Origin: an uncultured Alloprevotella sp.
GTDB lineage: Bacteria; Bacteroidota; Bacteroidia; Bacteroidales; Bacteroidaceae
Assembly (NCBI GenBank): GCA_944322095.1
Contig: CALUNU010000013.1
Span: forward strand, 466-64,465
Direction of reading: 5' to 3'
Length of the DNA stretch: 64,000 nt
The translations under genes and the position numbers were made by a program. Below are positions 29,368 to 39,527 of the stretch, one piece after another. Positions within the stretch are counted from its first letter, which is position 1, and the number at the start of each line of letters is the position of its first letter. The notes under the pieces were generated by a model. That model was not told where the DNA came from, made no database searches, and saw only the letters and a list, made by a program, of their open reading frames with translations.

Positions 29368-30077
29368 GGATTTTCGGGGTAATAATCGGTTCCAGCCTCT
29401 TCTGCGGGCGGGTAGGCGTGTTCTTCCTCAAAGCCGACTTCTTCGGTAGCCGTGCTGTCGTGTAAGTCGTCCGTTCCGAAGAATAGATAGTCCAGGCTGT
29501 CGTTGCCGTTAAATTCCTCTTCGGTAAGGCCGTTGCCGATGACGAGCGTAACGAGCTGGTCCACCGATACGCGGGCGCCGGCGCTCATGGTGCGGCCGCC
29601 CACCTTGACGGCATACACCCAGTCGGGCTCGCCTTCGATATATTCCGGGGCGCCCAGCTTGAAGCCCAGCGTCTTGAGCCGCGTTTCAGCCTCGCGGCGC
29701 GAACTGTTGTCGGCCACGTCGGGCAGTGTCACCATGGGAGAGCCCGACGAATTGATGGTAAGCGAGATAAGCCGCCCGGGCTTTATCTTTTCGCCCGCGG
29801 CAATCGATTGTTCCAGCACGATGTTTCCCGGCTGCGAGCGCACATATCCCGTATCGGCCACCTCGCCCCGCAGTCCCAGCGCTTCCAGCTTGCGTACGGC
29901 CAGTTCGGCGTCTTTTCCCCGCAGGTCGGGCATGGTGATGGCTTCGCCGTGGTGCGTATAATAATGCAGGAAAACAAGCGCTCCCACTACAAGGAGCACA
30001 GCGGCTGCCATCATCCCGAGACAGTTCCCCCAAAGGCGGCCACTGAATATCTTCTTGAAAAATTCAGAAAGCGTCAT
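29364..30077 (-). CDS. PASTA-domain membrane protein
   Basis: N-terminal TM, MPDLRGK and LPDVADN PASTA repeats. Conserved position before rluD-ddl. Confidence 0.85.
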   Translation of the reverse strand: MTLSEFFKKIFSGRLWGNCLGMMAAAVLLVVGALVFLHYYTHHGEAITMPDLRGKDAELAVRKLEALGLRGEVADTGYVRSQPGNIVLEQSIAAGEKIKPGRLISLTINSSGSPMVTLPDVADNSSRREAETRLKTLGFKLGAPEYIEGEPDWVYAVKVGGRTMSAGARVSVDQLVTLVIGNGLTEEEFNGNDSLDYLFFGTDDLHDSTATEEVGFEEEHAYPPAEEAGTDYYPENP

Positions 30078-30224
30078 ACCGTATGGTTGCAGGCCGCAGG
30101 CGTTTGCCCCCGGCCGAAAATGTTAACATGCGGCAAAGGTAAGATAAAAAAACGAGAGAAGTAAGGCTCGCTTGAAAAAAGCCTACTTCTCCCGTCATAT
30201 CGTCTCCGAACCTCAGAGGGGCGT

Positions 30225-30383
30225 TTACTTCTTGCCGTGGATTTCGTCGGATACCGTCAGTTTCTTGCGGCCTTTTGCCCGGCGGGCGGCCAGCACGCGG
30301 CGACCGTCGGCGGTCTGCATGCGTTTGCGGAAACCATGCTTGTTGTTTCTCTTTCTGTTGTGAGGCTGGAATGTTCTTTTCAT
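30225..30383 (-). CDS. rpmH: 50S ribosomal protein L34 (52 aa)
   Basis: [22 protein letters not shown]...[16 protein letters not shown]. Confidence 0.97.
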   Translation of the reverse strand: MKRTFQPHNRKRNNKHGFRKRMQTADGRRVLAARRAKGRKKLTVSDEIHGKK

Positions 30384-30515
30384 TGTTGCTATGCTGTTTT
30401 GTTTTGTTGTTATCGCACTTTGGGCTGCAAAAATAGCAAGTTTTTTCGAATTCCCCAAGCTGTTGCCGCGATTTCAGCGTTTTTCGCCCGTTAATCGCGT
30501 CGGTAGCAGGCTTGT

Positions 30516-31613
30516 TTATGCGTTTTCGGCAAAGAGCTTCGACTGCTCCTCAATGAGTGCCACGTCTTCAAAGTAGTTGATGCGCATGGCCCGGCGCACG
30601 TCGTCCATCGTGCGGGCAGCCACGGCGCGTGCCTCCTCGCATCCTTTGCGCAGCATGTCGTAAACGGCGGGGATGTCTTTTGAAAATTCGCGCCGCCGCT
30701 CGCGTATCGGTCCGAGCTCTTCTTGCAGGATGGCGTTGAGGAATTTCTTCACCTTCATGTCGCCCAGTCCGCCGCGGGTGTAGTGCGCTTTCAGTTCGTC
30801 GAGGCCCGCATACTCCGGCCAGTAACGTTCAAAATGTTCGGGACGGCTGAATGCGTCGAGATATGTAAAGACCGTATTGCCTTCCAGGTGGCCGGGATCG
30901 CTCACGTGTACGTGCGTCGGGTCGGTATACATGCTCATAATCTTCTTTTTCACCTCGTCGGCCGTGTCGGCCAGGTAGATGCAGTTGCCCAGCGACTTGC
31001 TCATCTTTGCCTTCCCGTCAGTTCCGGGCAGGCGCAGGCAGGCGGCGTTGGAGGGCAGCAGTATCTCGGGTTCTGTCAGGGTTTCTCCGTAGATGTAGTT
31101 GAAGCGCCGCACAATTTCGGTGGCTTGTTCGAGCATCGGCTTCTGGTCCTCGCCCACGGGGACGGTCGTGGCGCGGAAGGCTGTGATGTCGGCAGCCTGG
31201 CTGATGGGGTAGGTAAAGAAGCCCACCGGGATGCTCGTTTCGAAGCCACGCATCTGAATTTCGGTTTTCACCGTCGGGTTGCGTTGCAGGCGCGACACGG
31301 TGACGAGGTCCATGAAGTAAAACGAGAGTTCGCAGAGCTCGGGGATTTGCGACTGGATGAAAAGCGTCACTTTCGACGGGTCGAGGCCACATGCCAGGTA
31401 GTCGAGCGCCACTTCTATGACGTTGTTGCGCACTTTTTCGGGGTTGTCCATGTTGTCCGTCAGCGCCTGAGCGTCGGCTATGAAGACAAACATCTTATCG
31501 TAGTTGCCGTCGTTCTGAATGGCCACGCGGTTGCGCAGCGACCCCACGTAATGGCCGATATGCAGGCGTCCGGTGGGGCGGTCGCCCGTGAGAATGACTT
31601 TTTGCTTTGTCAT
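30516..31613 (-). CDS. trpS: Tryptophan--tRNA ligase
   Basis: [25 protein letters not shown]. Confidence 0.97.
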   Translation of the reverse strand: MTKQKVILTGDRPTGRLHIGHYVGSLRNRVAIQNDGNYDKMFVFIADAQALTDNMDNPEKVRNNVIEVALDYLACGLDPSKVTLFIQSQIPELCELSFYFMDLVTVSRLQRNPTVKTEIQMRGFETSIPVGFFTYPISQAADITAFRATTVPVGEDQKPMLEQATEIVRRFNYIYGETLTEPEILLPSNAACLRLPGTDGKAKMSKSLGNCIYLADTADEVKKKIMSMYTDPTHVHVSDPGHLEGNTVFTYLDAFSRPEHFERYWPEYAGLDELKAHYTRGGLGDMKVKKFLNAILQEELGPIRERRREFSKDIPAVYDMLRKGCEEARAVAARTMDDVRRAMRINYFEDVALIEEQSKLFAENA

Positions 31614-31751
31614 GCGAATGGTTCTTTTGGTTTTTTACGTGCCGCAGTGCCCATGGCGGGGCTTTGGCTCCGCAAAGTTAAGCAGAAAGCGGCTCATCTG
31701 CAAATTTTCCTATTCCATAAACCCCGCTCTGCCGCCGGGCGGGGGCGGTTG

Positions 31752-33101
31752 TCAGAGGCGTTTGCTCTTCCACCGGCCGCTGCGGAAGTAGAGCCAGGCG
31801 AGCAGCAGCATGATGCCCCCGTAGACGTGCTCGCTGAACCAGCCTATCGCCACGTCGGCGCGGGCCACAACCACGACGCCTATTATATATAAGGTGTAGA
31901 TGGCGAGCGCCGTCATTTCTATGGCAAAGGCCGTGCGGGCGTTGCCCGTGCCCGAGATGGACTGAAAGAAGATATGCGCGGGAACGCTCAGCACGTATGA
32001 GCTCAGCAGGACGTAGAGCGAGGCGCGTCCCGCATCGACCAGCACGTCCTCGTCGGTAAAGATGTGGAGCACGGCATCGGGCAGCAGGGCCACCACAGCC
32101 ACAAAAACGGCCATGAGCATGAAGGCCAGCCGCACGATTTTCGTCACCAGCGGCGGTATGGCCTCCGTCTCGCGCTGTCCCATCAGGTTGCTCACGAGCG
32201 TGCTCGCCGTCGAGGCCAGGGCCGAAATGGTCATAAAGCCAAAGGCCGACACGTTGCGTATGATGTTGGTCACGGCCAGCTGTCTTTCGCCCAGGTGTTC
32301 CACGGCCAGGAAAAACAGAAACCACGTCGACAGCGACACGAAGTTCTGAATCATGGTCCACACCGAGAGGCTCAGGATGCGTTTCAGCACGGAAAAGCGG
32401 AAGCGGGGCAGACGGTCGAGGCCGTACTTGCGATAGTCTATGTGGTAGCGCGTGTATAAAATGAAAAACACCATCGACACGCCCTCGGCCATGGCCGAGC
32501 CCATGGCGGCTCCCGCGATGCCGAAGGCAGGCAGCCCGAAGTTGCCGAAAATCAAGGCGTAGTTGAACACGACGTTTGAGAGCACCATCACCACAGAGTT
32601 GAGCGTAAGCGTCTTTGTTTGCGTCGTGCCCACGTAGAACGCCCTGAACATCAGGGCTGCAAAGGAGAAAAAGAAGCCATATATCCGCCACTGCAAATAT
32701 TCCCAGGTGGCATCGAGCACATGCTGCGACGAAACCATGCGTTCCAGTAGCACGGGAGCCAGCGTATGCGTGAGCAGGAAAACGACGACGGCCAGCAGGA
32801 GCAGAAAGGTCAGGCTATGGTAGAAGATGCTGCCGATGCGCAGGTATTGCCCCTCGCCGTTGCGGCGCCCCATGAGAATTTGGGCACCGATGCTGAACCC
32901 CATTCCAATCATGAAGACGGTGATATAGAAGATGCCTCCCAGCGCCGAGGCGCCCAGCGCCACCTCGCTCACGCGACCCAGGAAGATCGTGTCGGTCATG
33001 CCGATGAGCTGCTCCATCAGCAGGCTCACGAGGATGGGGAAAGCTATCTTGCCGATTTGGCGGTAGGTGTATGTCTTGGTTGTGCGGAGGGCAGTTTCCA
33101 T
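31752..33101 (-). CDS. MATE-family efflux transporter
   Basis: About 12 TM helices, DTIFLGRV, LIFGNFGLPAFGIAGAA. Confidence 0.92.
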   Translation of the reverse strand: METALRTTKTYTYRQIGKIAFPILVSLLMEQLIGMTDTIFLGRVSEVALGASALGGIFYITVFMIGMGFSIGAQILMGRRNGEGQYLRIGSIFYHSLTFLLLLAVVVFLLTHTLAPVLLERMVSSQHVLDATWEYLQWRIYGFFFSFAALMFRAFYVGTTQTKTLTLNSVVMVLSNVVFNYALIFGNFGLPAFGIAGAAMGSAMAEGVSMVFFILYTRYHIDYRKYGLDRLPRFRFSVLKRILSLSVWTMIQNFVSLSTWFLFFLAVEHLGERQLAVTNIIRNVSAFGFMTISALASTASTLVSNLMGQRETEAIPPLVTKIVRLAFMLMAVFVAVVALLPDAVLHIFTDEDVLVDAGRASLYVLLSSYVLSVPAHIFFQSISGTGNARTAFAIEMTALAIYTLYIIGVVVVARADVAIGWFSEHVYGGIMLLLAWLYFRSGRWKSKRL

Positions 33102-33406
33102 GCTGTCGCGTTTTAAGGTGAGGGGCCGGCCGCCGCCGGGACTTCCGGGGCGAAACGGCGTGCAAAGGTACTAATTTTGTCATGCTTCGGCAAGCTTTGT
33201 CCACCGCCTTTGCCGCCGCCTGAGGGCGTGCAAAACGGCCGCTGCCTTCAGCCGGCTAGCCAAGGCCGGGAGCAGGCGTGCGGCCGCGCCGGGCAGGCAG
33301 GAAACCGCCATCGTCGGCCGGCAGGAGCGAGGGGTGCCGCGGCGGCTTTGCAATTTTTCAGAAAGAAGCTCTCCGGCCGCCGTGAAAAAACCGTATCTTT
33401 GCAAGC

Positions 33407-33679
33407 ATGACCGACGAAATACGCGACTTTGTCGACGCGCTCGAACGCTACGTGCTCGACGCCCTGCGCCAGTCGGGTCAGCCGGCCGACTACAACGTCG
33501 AGGCCCTCTGCGTGGTCGACGCGCGCAACCACCTGTTTCGCCCGGCCGGCAAGCGGCCCACCGACGAAGCCACCGACGTCTATGCCCTGCGCGACCTGTG
33601 CCACGTCGACGAGGACACGCTCGACGTCGTGCCCGACCGCGCCCGTCTGGCCGCCGTGGCCCGCAACTACTTTTTCTGA
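33407..33679 (+). CDS. Small acidic hypothetical protein (90 aa)
   Basis: Host-like codon usage, TATCTTTG box at 33394-33401, directly upstream of aroB. Confidence 0.6.
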   Translation: MTDEIRDFVDALERYVLDALRQSGQPADYNVEALCVVDARNHLFRPAGKRPTDEATDVYALRDLCHVDEDTLDVVPDRARLAAVARNYFF

Positions 33680-33697
33680 CCCTCTTTCAGCCGGCTT

Positions 33698-34753
33698 ATG
33701 AACCCCGAAATCATTCTTTCAGAAAACATCTGTGCCGAGACCGACCGCGTGGTCGCAGCCATCGGCCCCGACCGCGTCTACGTGCTCACCGACGAAACGA
33801 CCGGCCGCCTCTGCCGCCCCCTGCTCGCCGCAGCGTCGTCGCTCGCCGGCGCCACGTGGCTCTCCATCGCCCCGGGCGACGAGCACAAGACGCTCGCCTC
33901 GCTGGCCGACGTATGGCGTGCCCTTTCCGCGGGCGGGGCGTCGCGCCGCTCGCTGCTCGTCTGCCTGGGCGGCGGCATGGTGACCGACCTGGGCGGGTTT
34001 GCCGCCGCCACGTTCAAGCGCGGCATAGCCTGCGTGAACATACCCACCACGCTGCTGGCCATGGTCGACGCTGCCGTGGGCGGGAAAACGGGCATCAACC
34101 TCGACGGCCTGAAAAACGAGGTGGGCGCTTTCAGCAGCCCGCGCGCCGTCGTCATCGACACGGAGTTTCTGCGCACGCTCGACGACCGCAACCTGCGTTC
34201 GGGCTATGCCGAGATGCTCAAGCACGGGCTCATCAGCAGCCGCGAAATGCTGGTGTCGCTCCTGCGGTTCGACATTGCAGCCCCCGACTATGCCCGCTTG
34301 CAGGCCATGGTGGCTGAGAGCATTGCCGTCAAGGAGGACGTCGTGTGCCGCGACCCCCACGAGCACGGCCTGCGCAAGGCGCTCAACCTGGGCCACACGG
34401 CGGGCCATGCCTTTGAGAGCCTGGCGCTCGCGCGGCAGCAGCCCGTGCTGCACGGCTATGCCGTGGCGTGGGGCCTGGTGTGCGAGCTCTACCTGAGCCA
34501 CCTGAAAGCGGGCTTCCCGCTCGACGAGCTGCGCCGCACGGTGGGCTACATCGCCGCCCGCTACGGCCGCTTTGCCTTTGGTTGCGACGACTACGACGAC
34601 CTGCTCTCCCTCATGCGCCACGACAAGAAAAACGTGGGCGGCGTCATCAACTTCACCCTCCTGGAACAGCCGGGGCAGGTGCGGCTCGACTGCACCGCCA
34701 CGCGCGAGGAAATATGCGAAAGCTTCGACTTTTTCCGCGAGAGCCTCGGGTAG
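33698..34753 (+). CDS. aroB: 3-dehydroquinate synthase
   Basis: LGGGMVTDLGGF, PTTLLAMVDAAVGGKTG, GYAEMLKH, LNLGHTAGHA. Confidence 0.96.
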   Translation: MNPEIILSENICAETDRVVAAIGPDRVYVLTDETTGRLCRPLLAAASSLAGATWLSIAPGDEHKTLASLADVWRALSAGGASRRSLLVCLGGGMVTDLGGFAAATFKRGIACVNIPTTLLAMVDAAVGGKTGINLDGLKNEVGAFSSPRAVVIDTEFLRTLDDRNLRSGYAEMLKHGLISSREMLVSLLRFDIAAPDYARLQAMVAESIAVKEDVVCRDPHEHGLRKALNLGHTAGHAFESLALARQQPVLHGYAVAWGLVCELYLSHLKAGFPLDELRRTVGYIAARYGRFAFGCDDYDDLLSLMRHDKKNVGGVINFTLLEQPGQVRLDCTATREEICESFDFFRESLG

Positions 34754-34795
34754 CGCCTCGGCGGCAGGCTTCGCAACCGAAATACCTATTGAAGC

Positions 34796-35992
34796 ATGGA
34801 ACGTAAAACACTGATGAACGAAACCATCGCCACGCTCGAACGCGCGCTGTCGCTCCTTGTGGTGTTTCTCCTGCTGGCGGCCACGGTGGTGCCCCTGGGG
34901 CGCCTGTTCGGCCACCCGTTCGGCCCCGCCGCTGCCGACGAGGCTGCCGCCGCCCGTCCCGACACGGCTGCGCTGGCCGCGCTGGGGCTTGCCGATGCCC
35001 GCCTGACGCAGGTGGGCACCGACCTGTGGGCCGTTGCCTCGGCCACGGGCAACGACGCGGGCATGCTGGCGGGCAGCCGCAGCCGGGCAGCCGACGTGAC
35101 GGGCTTTGCAGGCCCCACGCCCGTCTACGTATATATAAATAAGGAGGGGCGCGTGGCCGGTGTGGCGGCCGGGCCCCATGCCGAGACGCCCGCCGTGTTT
35201 CGCCACGTCGAGGACGAAGGCTTCCTGCGCAGCTGGAACGGCCTGACGCCCGCCGAGGCGCAGGCGCGGCAGGTGGACGCCGTGAGCGGAGCCACCTATA
35301 CGAGCCGGGCGCTGGCCCGCAACGTCGGGGCAGCCTTGGAGGCCTATGCCGCCGCCCCCGCCACGACGCCCGCTCCCGACGGGGAGGCCGACGCCTTCTC
35401 GCAGATGGCGCCGCTCGTGGTTGTGATGCTGGGCGTGGGGGCCGCGCTGCTTGCCCGACGCAGCCGTACGCTGCGGCTGGTCGTGCTGGTGCTCAACGTC
35501 GGGGTGACGGGATTTTGGTGTGGCGAGTACCTCTCCGTGTCGCTGCTCCGCAGCTGGCTGGCCGAGGGGGCCGACCTGGCGCGCCATCTGCCCGCCATCG
35601 TCATGCTGGCCGTCTCGCTGCTGCTGGCGTTTCTGAAAAAGCCCAACCACTATTGCACGTGGATATGCCCCCTTGGCAGCTTGCAGGAGCTGGCCTACCG
35701 TCTGCCCGGCCCCAAGCTGCGTTTGCCGCAGCGCGCTTTCCACGTGATGGAGCGCATCCGTCTCGGAGTGCTCGTCCTGTTGCTGCTGGCGCTATGGATG
35801 GGCGTGGGCGCCGAGGTGCTCAGCTACGAGCCCTTCGCGGCGTTCAGTCCTGCGGCGGCACCATGGCCGGTGCTCGTGCTGGCCGGGGCGTTCGTCGTGC
35901 TGGGCGTGTTTGTGCCCCGCCCGTGGTGCAAGGCGCTCTGCCCGCTGGGCGAGCTCTTCCGCCTGAGCTGCGACGCTTCGCGCAAGAGCTGA
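34796..35992 (+). CDS. Membrane protein with FMN-binding domain and 4Fe-4S-binding (NosR/NapH-like) domain
   Basis: Flavinylation-type motif DAVSGATYTS, several TMs, YCTWICPLG and WCKALCPLG motifs. Confidence 0.8.
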   Translation: MERKTLMNETIATLERALSLLVVFLLLAATVVPLGRLFGHPFGPAAADEAAAARPDTAALAALGLADARLTQVGTDLWAVASATGNDAGMLAGSRSRAADVTGFAGPTPVYVYINKEGRVAGVAAGPHAETPAVFRHVEDEGFLRSWNGLTPAEAQARQVDAVSGATYTSRALARNVGAALEAYAAAPATTPAPDGEADAFSQMAPLVVVMLGVGAALLARRSRTLRLVVLVLNVGVTGFWCGEYLSVSLLRSWLAEGADLARHLPAIVMLAVSLLLAFLKKPNHYCTWICPLGSLQELAYRLPGPKLRLPQRAFHVMERIRLGVLVLLLLALWMGVGAEVLSYEPFAAFSPAAAPWPVLVLAGAFVVLGVFVPRPWCKALCPLGELFRLSCDASRKS

Positions 35993-36035
35993 GCGCAGCT
36001 TTGTTTTTACGCTGAATTTTACCCGTTTTCAAGCC

Positions 36036-36662
36036 ATGAACAGATATAAAATAGTCAGTCTCGTCCTTGCCGTAGCCCTGCTGGCTGCGCTGGCAAGGCT
36101 CGTCGTCGGTTTTGAGCAGACAGCTCCCGCTGCCGGCGGCAACGCTGTTTACGAAAACATCCTGGCACGCAAGAGCGTGCGCAGCTATACCGACCGCCCC
36201 GTGGGACGTCCGCAGCTCGACACGCTGCTGCACGCCGCCATGGCCGCACCGTCGGGCCGCGACATGCGCCCGTGGAAATTTGTGGTGGTCGACCGCCGCG
36301 ACGTGCTCGACACGCTGCACGCCCACCTGCCCAAAGCCGCCATGCTGGCCGAGGCGCAGGCCGCCATCGTCGTGTGTGGCGATCTCACCGTCAAAGACGA
36401 GCAGGGGCAGCCGAGCCGTAACTGGCCGCTCGATTGTTCTGCCGCCACGCAGAACCTGCTGCTGGCCGCCGAGTCGATGGGCCTGGGCGCCGTATGGACG
36501 GGCGTATGGCCCTACGACGACCGCATAGCCGCCGTGCGGGCCGCCTTGCAGCTGCCCGACAGCATCGTGCCGCTGAACGTCGTGCCCATAGGCTACCCGA
36601 AAGGCGACACCCGCCCGAAAGAAAAGTACAACCCGCACAACATACACTACAACCGCTGGTGA
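36036..36662 (+). CDS. Nitroreductase-family protein with N-terminal signal or anchor
   Basis: ILARKSVRSY, AMAAPSG...PWKFVVV, QNLLLAAESMGLGAVW. Confidence 0.9.
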   Translation: MNRYKIVSLVLAVALLAALARLVVGFEQTAPAAGGNAVYENILARKSVRSYTDRPVGRPQLDTLLHAAMAAPSGRDMRPWKFVVVDRRDVLDTLHAHLPKAAMLAEAQAAIVVCGDLTVKDEQGQPSRNWPLDCSAATQNLLLAAESMGLGAVWTGVWPYDDRIAAVRAALQLPDSIVPLNVVPIGYPKGDTRPKEKYNPHNIHYNRW

Positions 36663-36665
36663 GCC

Positions 36666-39293
36666 ATGACGAAACGCATTTTGCTCCTCAGCCTGCTGAC
36701 GCTCCTGCCCTTCGGCCTGAAAGCCGCGGGCGGGAGCGATGCTGAAGCGCTGTTCCGGCGCTTCCGCGAAGCCGCCCGCTTCGACTTCAACTACCCGCGC
36801 GAGCGCGTTTACCTGCATCTCGACAACAATGCCTACGTGGAGGGCGAGACCATCTGGTTCAAGGCCTACGTCATGCGGGCGTCGAGCCTGGCGGCCTCGG
36901 CGCTGAGCCGCGTGCTCTACGTCGAGCTGCTCAACGCCGACGGCGAACTGATGGAACGCAAGCTGCTGCGCGTGGAAAACGGGCAGGCTGCGGGCGAGCT
37001 GTCGCTGCAGCTGCCTGTGCGTTCGGGCTATTACGAGGTGCGCGCCTATACGCGCGAAATGCTCAACTGGGGGCCGGCCGTTTGCTTCTCGCGCGTGGTG
37101 CCCGTGTTCCGGCGCGCGGCCGACGGCGGCCCGGCCTCGCCGCTCACCATCGACCGCCCGATGGCCGAAAGCGACCTGGCGCCGTCGCACGCACGGCCAT
37201 ACAGCTTTCCGAAGGCCGGCGGCGCGAATATGGCCTTCTTTCCCGAAGGGGGCAACCGCGTAGAGGGGCTCGCGCAGCGCATTGCCTTCAAGCTGACCGA
37301 CGACCGCGGCTATGCCCTGGCCGACTCGTGCGAGCTCTTTGCCGACGACGGCACGCGGCTGGGCGCCTTCCGGCCGCAGCACGAGGGCATGGGCGTTTTC
37401 ACGGCGCCGGCCGCCATGGGGCGGGGCAGCGTCGTGGTGCACCACGGTGGAGAAACGATACGTTTCGACCTGCCGGCCGCCGCGCCCTCGGGCTACGTGA
37501 TGACCGTCGGGGCCGGGGGCGAAGGATGCAGCGTGGTGGTGGAGCGAAGCGCCGGCGAAGCGCCCCGTTTGCTGGGCCTGCTCGTGGCATGCCGCGACCA
37601 GGTGTGCCATTTCGACACGCTCACCGTGACCGACGGCGCCGTGGAGCTGCTCATCCCCGGCGAGGCGCTGCGCACGGGCGTGAACCGCATCGAACTGTTC
37701 GACGCCGACGGGCGCAGCCTGTGCAGCCGCCTGCTTTTCAAGCGGGGCAGCGAACGCACCCTGCGGCTCGACGTGCGCCAGAACGAGGAACGCTATGCAG
37801 CCTTTGCCCCCGTGGCGCTCGAAATGTATCTGAGCGACGCCGAAGGCCGGCCCGCACAGGGCACCTTCTCGCTCGCCGTGCGCGATGCCGCGAGCGAACT
37901 GGTGGCCTCGCCCGAGGCCTCGCTCGACGCCGAACTGCTGCTGGCGTCGGAGGTGAAGGGCTACGTGGCCCGGCCCGAATATTATTTCGAAGCCGACGAC
38001 GCTGCCCACAACCGGGCGCTCGACCTGCTGCTGATGGTGCAGGGCTGGACGGCCAACGACTTTGAGACGCTTTGCGGCGCCCGGCCCATGCGCATTGGCC
38101 AGCCCATCGAGGAGAAGCTCACGCTGGACGGCCGCATCCTGCACGACAACGACAAGCAGAAGCCGCGGCCCGGTGCCGAGGTGGGCCTCTTCATGTACAC
38201 CCGGGCCGGAGCCGCCATGCGCTCGCGGGCCGTGACCGACAGCGTGGGAGGCTTTACCTTTGTGTCGGAGGAGGACTACACCGGCCGCTGGATTGGCCAG
38301 TTTTCTATCACGGAAGAGGGCAAGAACAAGTGGAGCCGCGTGGCCCTGAACCGATGGTTCGACCCCGCGCCGCGGCCTTTCAGCTTTCGCGAGCTCGAAC
38401 TGACGCCGCCCGACACCGTGCGCCGCAGCCGCCCCGTACCACGCGAGGATCTGTTTGCCTGGACCGACACGCTGCCCACCTATCAGCGCATCGACTTGGG
38501 AACGGCCGAGGTGACCACCCGAAACCGCTACCGCGGGCTGACGGGCAACCGCTATTCGTACCAAGGGGGCGAAAAGGCCGGGGCCGCACGCGCGCGCATC
38601 TTCTACAACGTGGAGCGCGACCTGGAACGCCGCAAGGACGAGGGGCGGGGAGTGCCTTATATCTGGGACTTTCTGAAGGAGAAGAACGAGGATATCTATT
38701 ATGAGTATGCCACCGACACGACCGACCCCTACGTAAAAGGCTTTTTCGAAGCCATCGGCGACGTGGGGCAGGCCCCGGGCGACGTCATCCTGCCCTACTA
38801 CAAGGGCCGCCCGGCCGTGGTGTTTCTCGACAACGACCTGCTCTTGCAGCGCAAGAAGATGGACAACGGCCTGATGCTGGCCGACGAAATAAAGTCGGCC
38901 GTGGTCATTGAGAACCAGGACGACTGGGAAAACTTCCTGCCGTCGAAGAGCTTCACCTTTGCAGGCGGCAACATCGGCAACTACCGGCCGGCGGCCATCT
39001 TCCTTTATTCGAACCCCGACTTCGCCCTGATGCGCACCAAGAAGGGGGTGGAGAAACGCATCATCTACGGCTTTTCCATCCCGAAGCGCTTCTACTCGCC
39101 CAACTACCGGGGCATCGACCTGCCCTCGGCCGACGACGTGCGCCGCACGCTCTACTGGAACCCCTCGGTGACGGCCGACGAGGCAGGCAAGGCCACAGCC
39201 GTCTTTTTCAACAGCAGCCACGACGGCGCGCGGCTGCGCATTTCGGTGCGCGGTGTGACGACGGAGGGGCGTTTCGTCGGCTTCGATCGCTGA
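36666..39293 (+). CDS. Large secreted protein with MG2-like N-terminal domain (875 aa)
   Basis: Signal peptide, ERVYLHLDNNAYVEGETIWFKAYV, LDLLLMVQGW, C-terminal FYSPNY..DVRRTLYWNP, typical of a Bacteroidota family of unknown function. Confidence 0.65.
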   Translation: MTKRILLLSLLTLLPFGLKAAGGSDAEALFRRFREAARFDFNYPRERVYLHLDNNAYVEGETIWFKAYVMRASSLAASALSRVLYVELLNADGELMERKLLRVENGQAAGELSLQLPVRSGYYEVRAYTREMLNWGPAVCFSRVVPVFRRAADGGPASPLTIDRPMAESDLAPSHARPYSFPKAGGANMAFFPEGGNRVEGLAQRIAFKLTDDRGYALADSCELFADDGTRLGAFRPQHEGMGVFTAPAAMGRGSVVVHHGGETIRFDLPAAAPSGYVMTVGAGGEGCSVVVERSAGEAPRLLGLLVACRDQVCHFDTLTVTDGAVELLIPGEALRTGVNRIELFDADGRSLCSRLLFKRGSERTLRLDVRQNEERYAAFAPVALEMYLSDAEGRPAQGTFSLAVRDAASELVASPEASLDAELLLASEVKGYVARPEYYFEADDAAHNRALDLLLMVQGWTANDFETLCGARPMRIGQPIEEKLTLDGRILHDNDKQKPRPGAEVGLFMYTRAGAAMRSRAVTDSVGGFTFVSEEDYTGRWIGQFSITEEGKNKWSRVALNRWFDPAPRPFSFRELELTPPDTVRRSRPVPREDLFAWTDTLPTYQRIDLGTAEVTTRNRYRGLTGNRYSYQGGEKAGAARARIFYNVERDLERRKDEGRGVPYIWDFLKEKNEDIYYEYATDTTDPYVKGFFEAIGDVGQAPGDVILPYYKGRPAVVFLDNDLLLQRKKMDNGLMLADEIKSAVVIENQDDWENFLPSKSFTFAGGNIGNYRPAAIFLYSNPDFALMRTKKGVEKRIIYGFSIPKRFYSPNYRGIDLPSADDVRRTLYWNPSVTADEAGKATAVFFNSSHDGARLRISVRGVTTEGRFVGFDR

Positions 39294-39327
39294 TTTGTCG
39301 ATATAACAGAAAAAAAGCGGATGAAAA

Positions 39328-39359
39328 TTTGGCAGTAAGGCCGGAAAGCTCTACATTTG
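39328..39359 (+). promoter_or_regulatory. Promoter of the phe/tyr operon
   Basis: TTTG (39328-39331), 20-nt spacer, TACATTTG (39352-39359). Confidence 0.75.
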
Positions 39360-39386
39360 CCACGAACAAACAAGAAAACAGCGACC

Positions 39387-39473
39387 ATGACAATGTCTGC
39401 TTCCTACTTTTTCGGTTTTTATTTTTACTTTGCCGGGCAAGCGAAGCGGGACGTTGCGTGCGTTAGGAAATAA
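39387..39473 (+). CDS. pheL: Phe/Tyr-rich attenuator leader peptide MTMSASYFFGFYFYFAGQAKRDVACVRK (28 aa)
   Basis: Five Phe and three Tyr codons in a 9-codon stretch (39405-39431), located between the promoter and a terminator upstream of pheA. Confidence 0.85.
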   Translation: MTMSASYFFGFYFYFAGQAKRDVACVRK

Positions 39474-39489
39474 AAATAAGAACCAATCG

Positions 39490-39527
39490 CGAAAATCCCG
39501 CTCCCACCCGGAAGCGGGATTTTTCGT
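39490..39527 (+). terminator. Attenuator terminator hairpin
   Basis: CGAAAATCCCGCT-CCCACCCGGA-AGCGGGATTTTTCG followed by T-rich sequence. The 5' arm can alternatively pair with GAAGCGGGA at 39443-39451. Confidence 0.85.
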
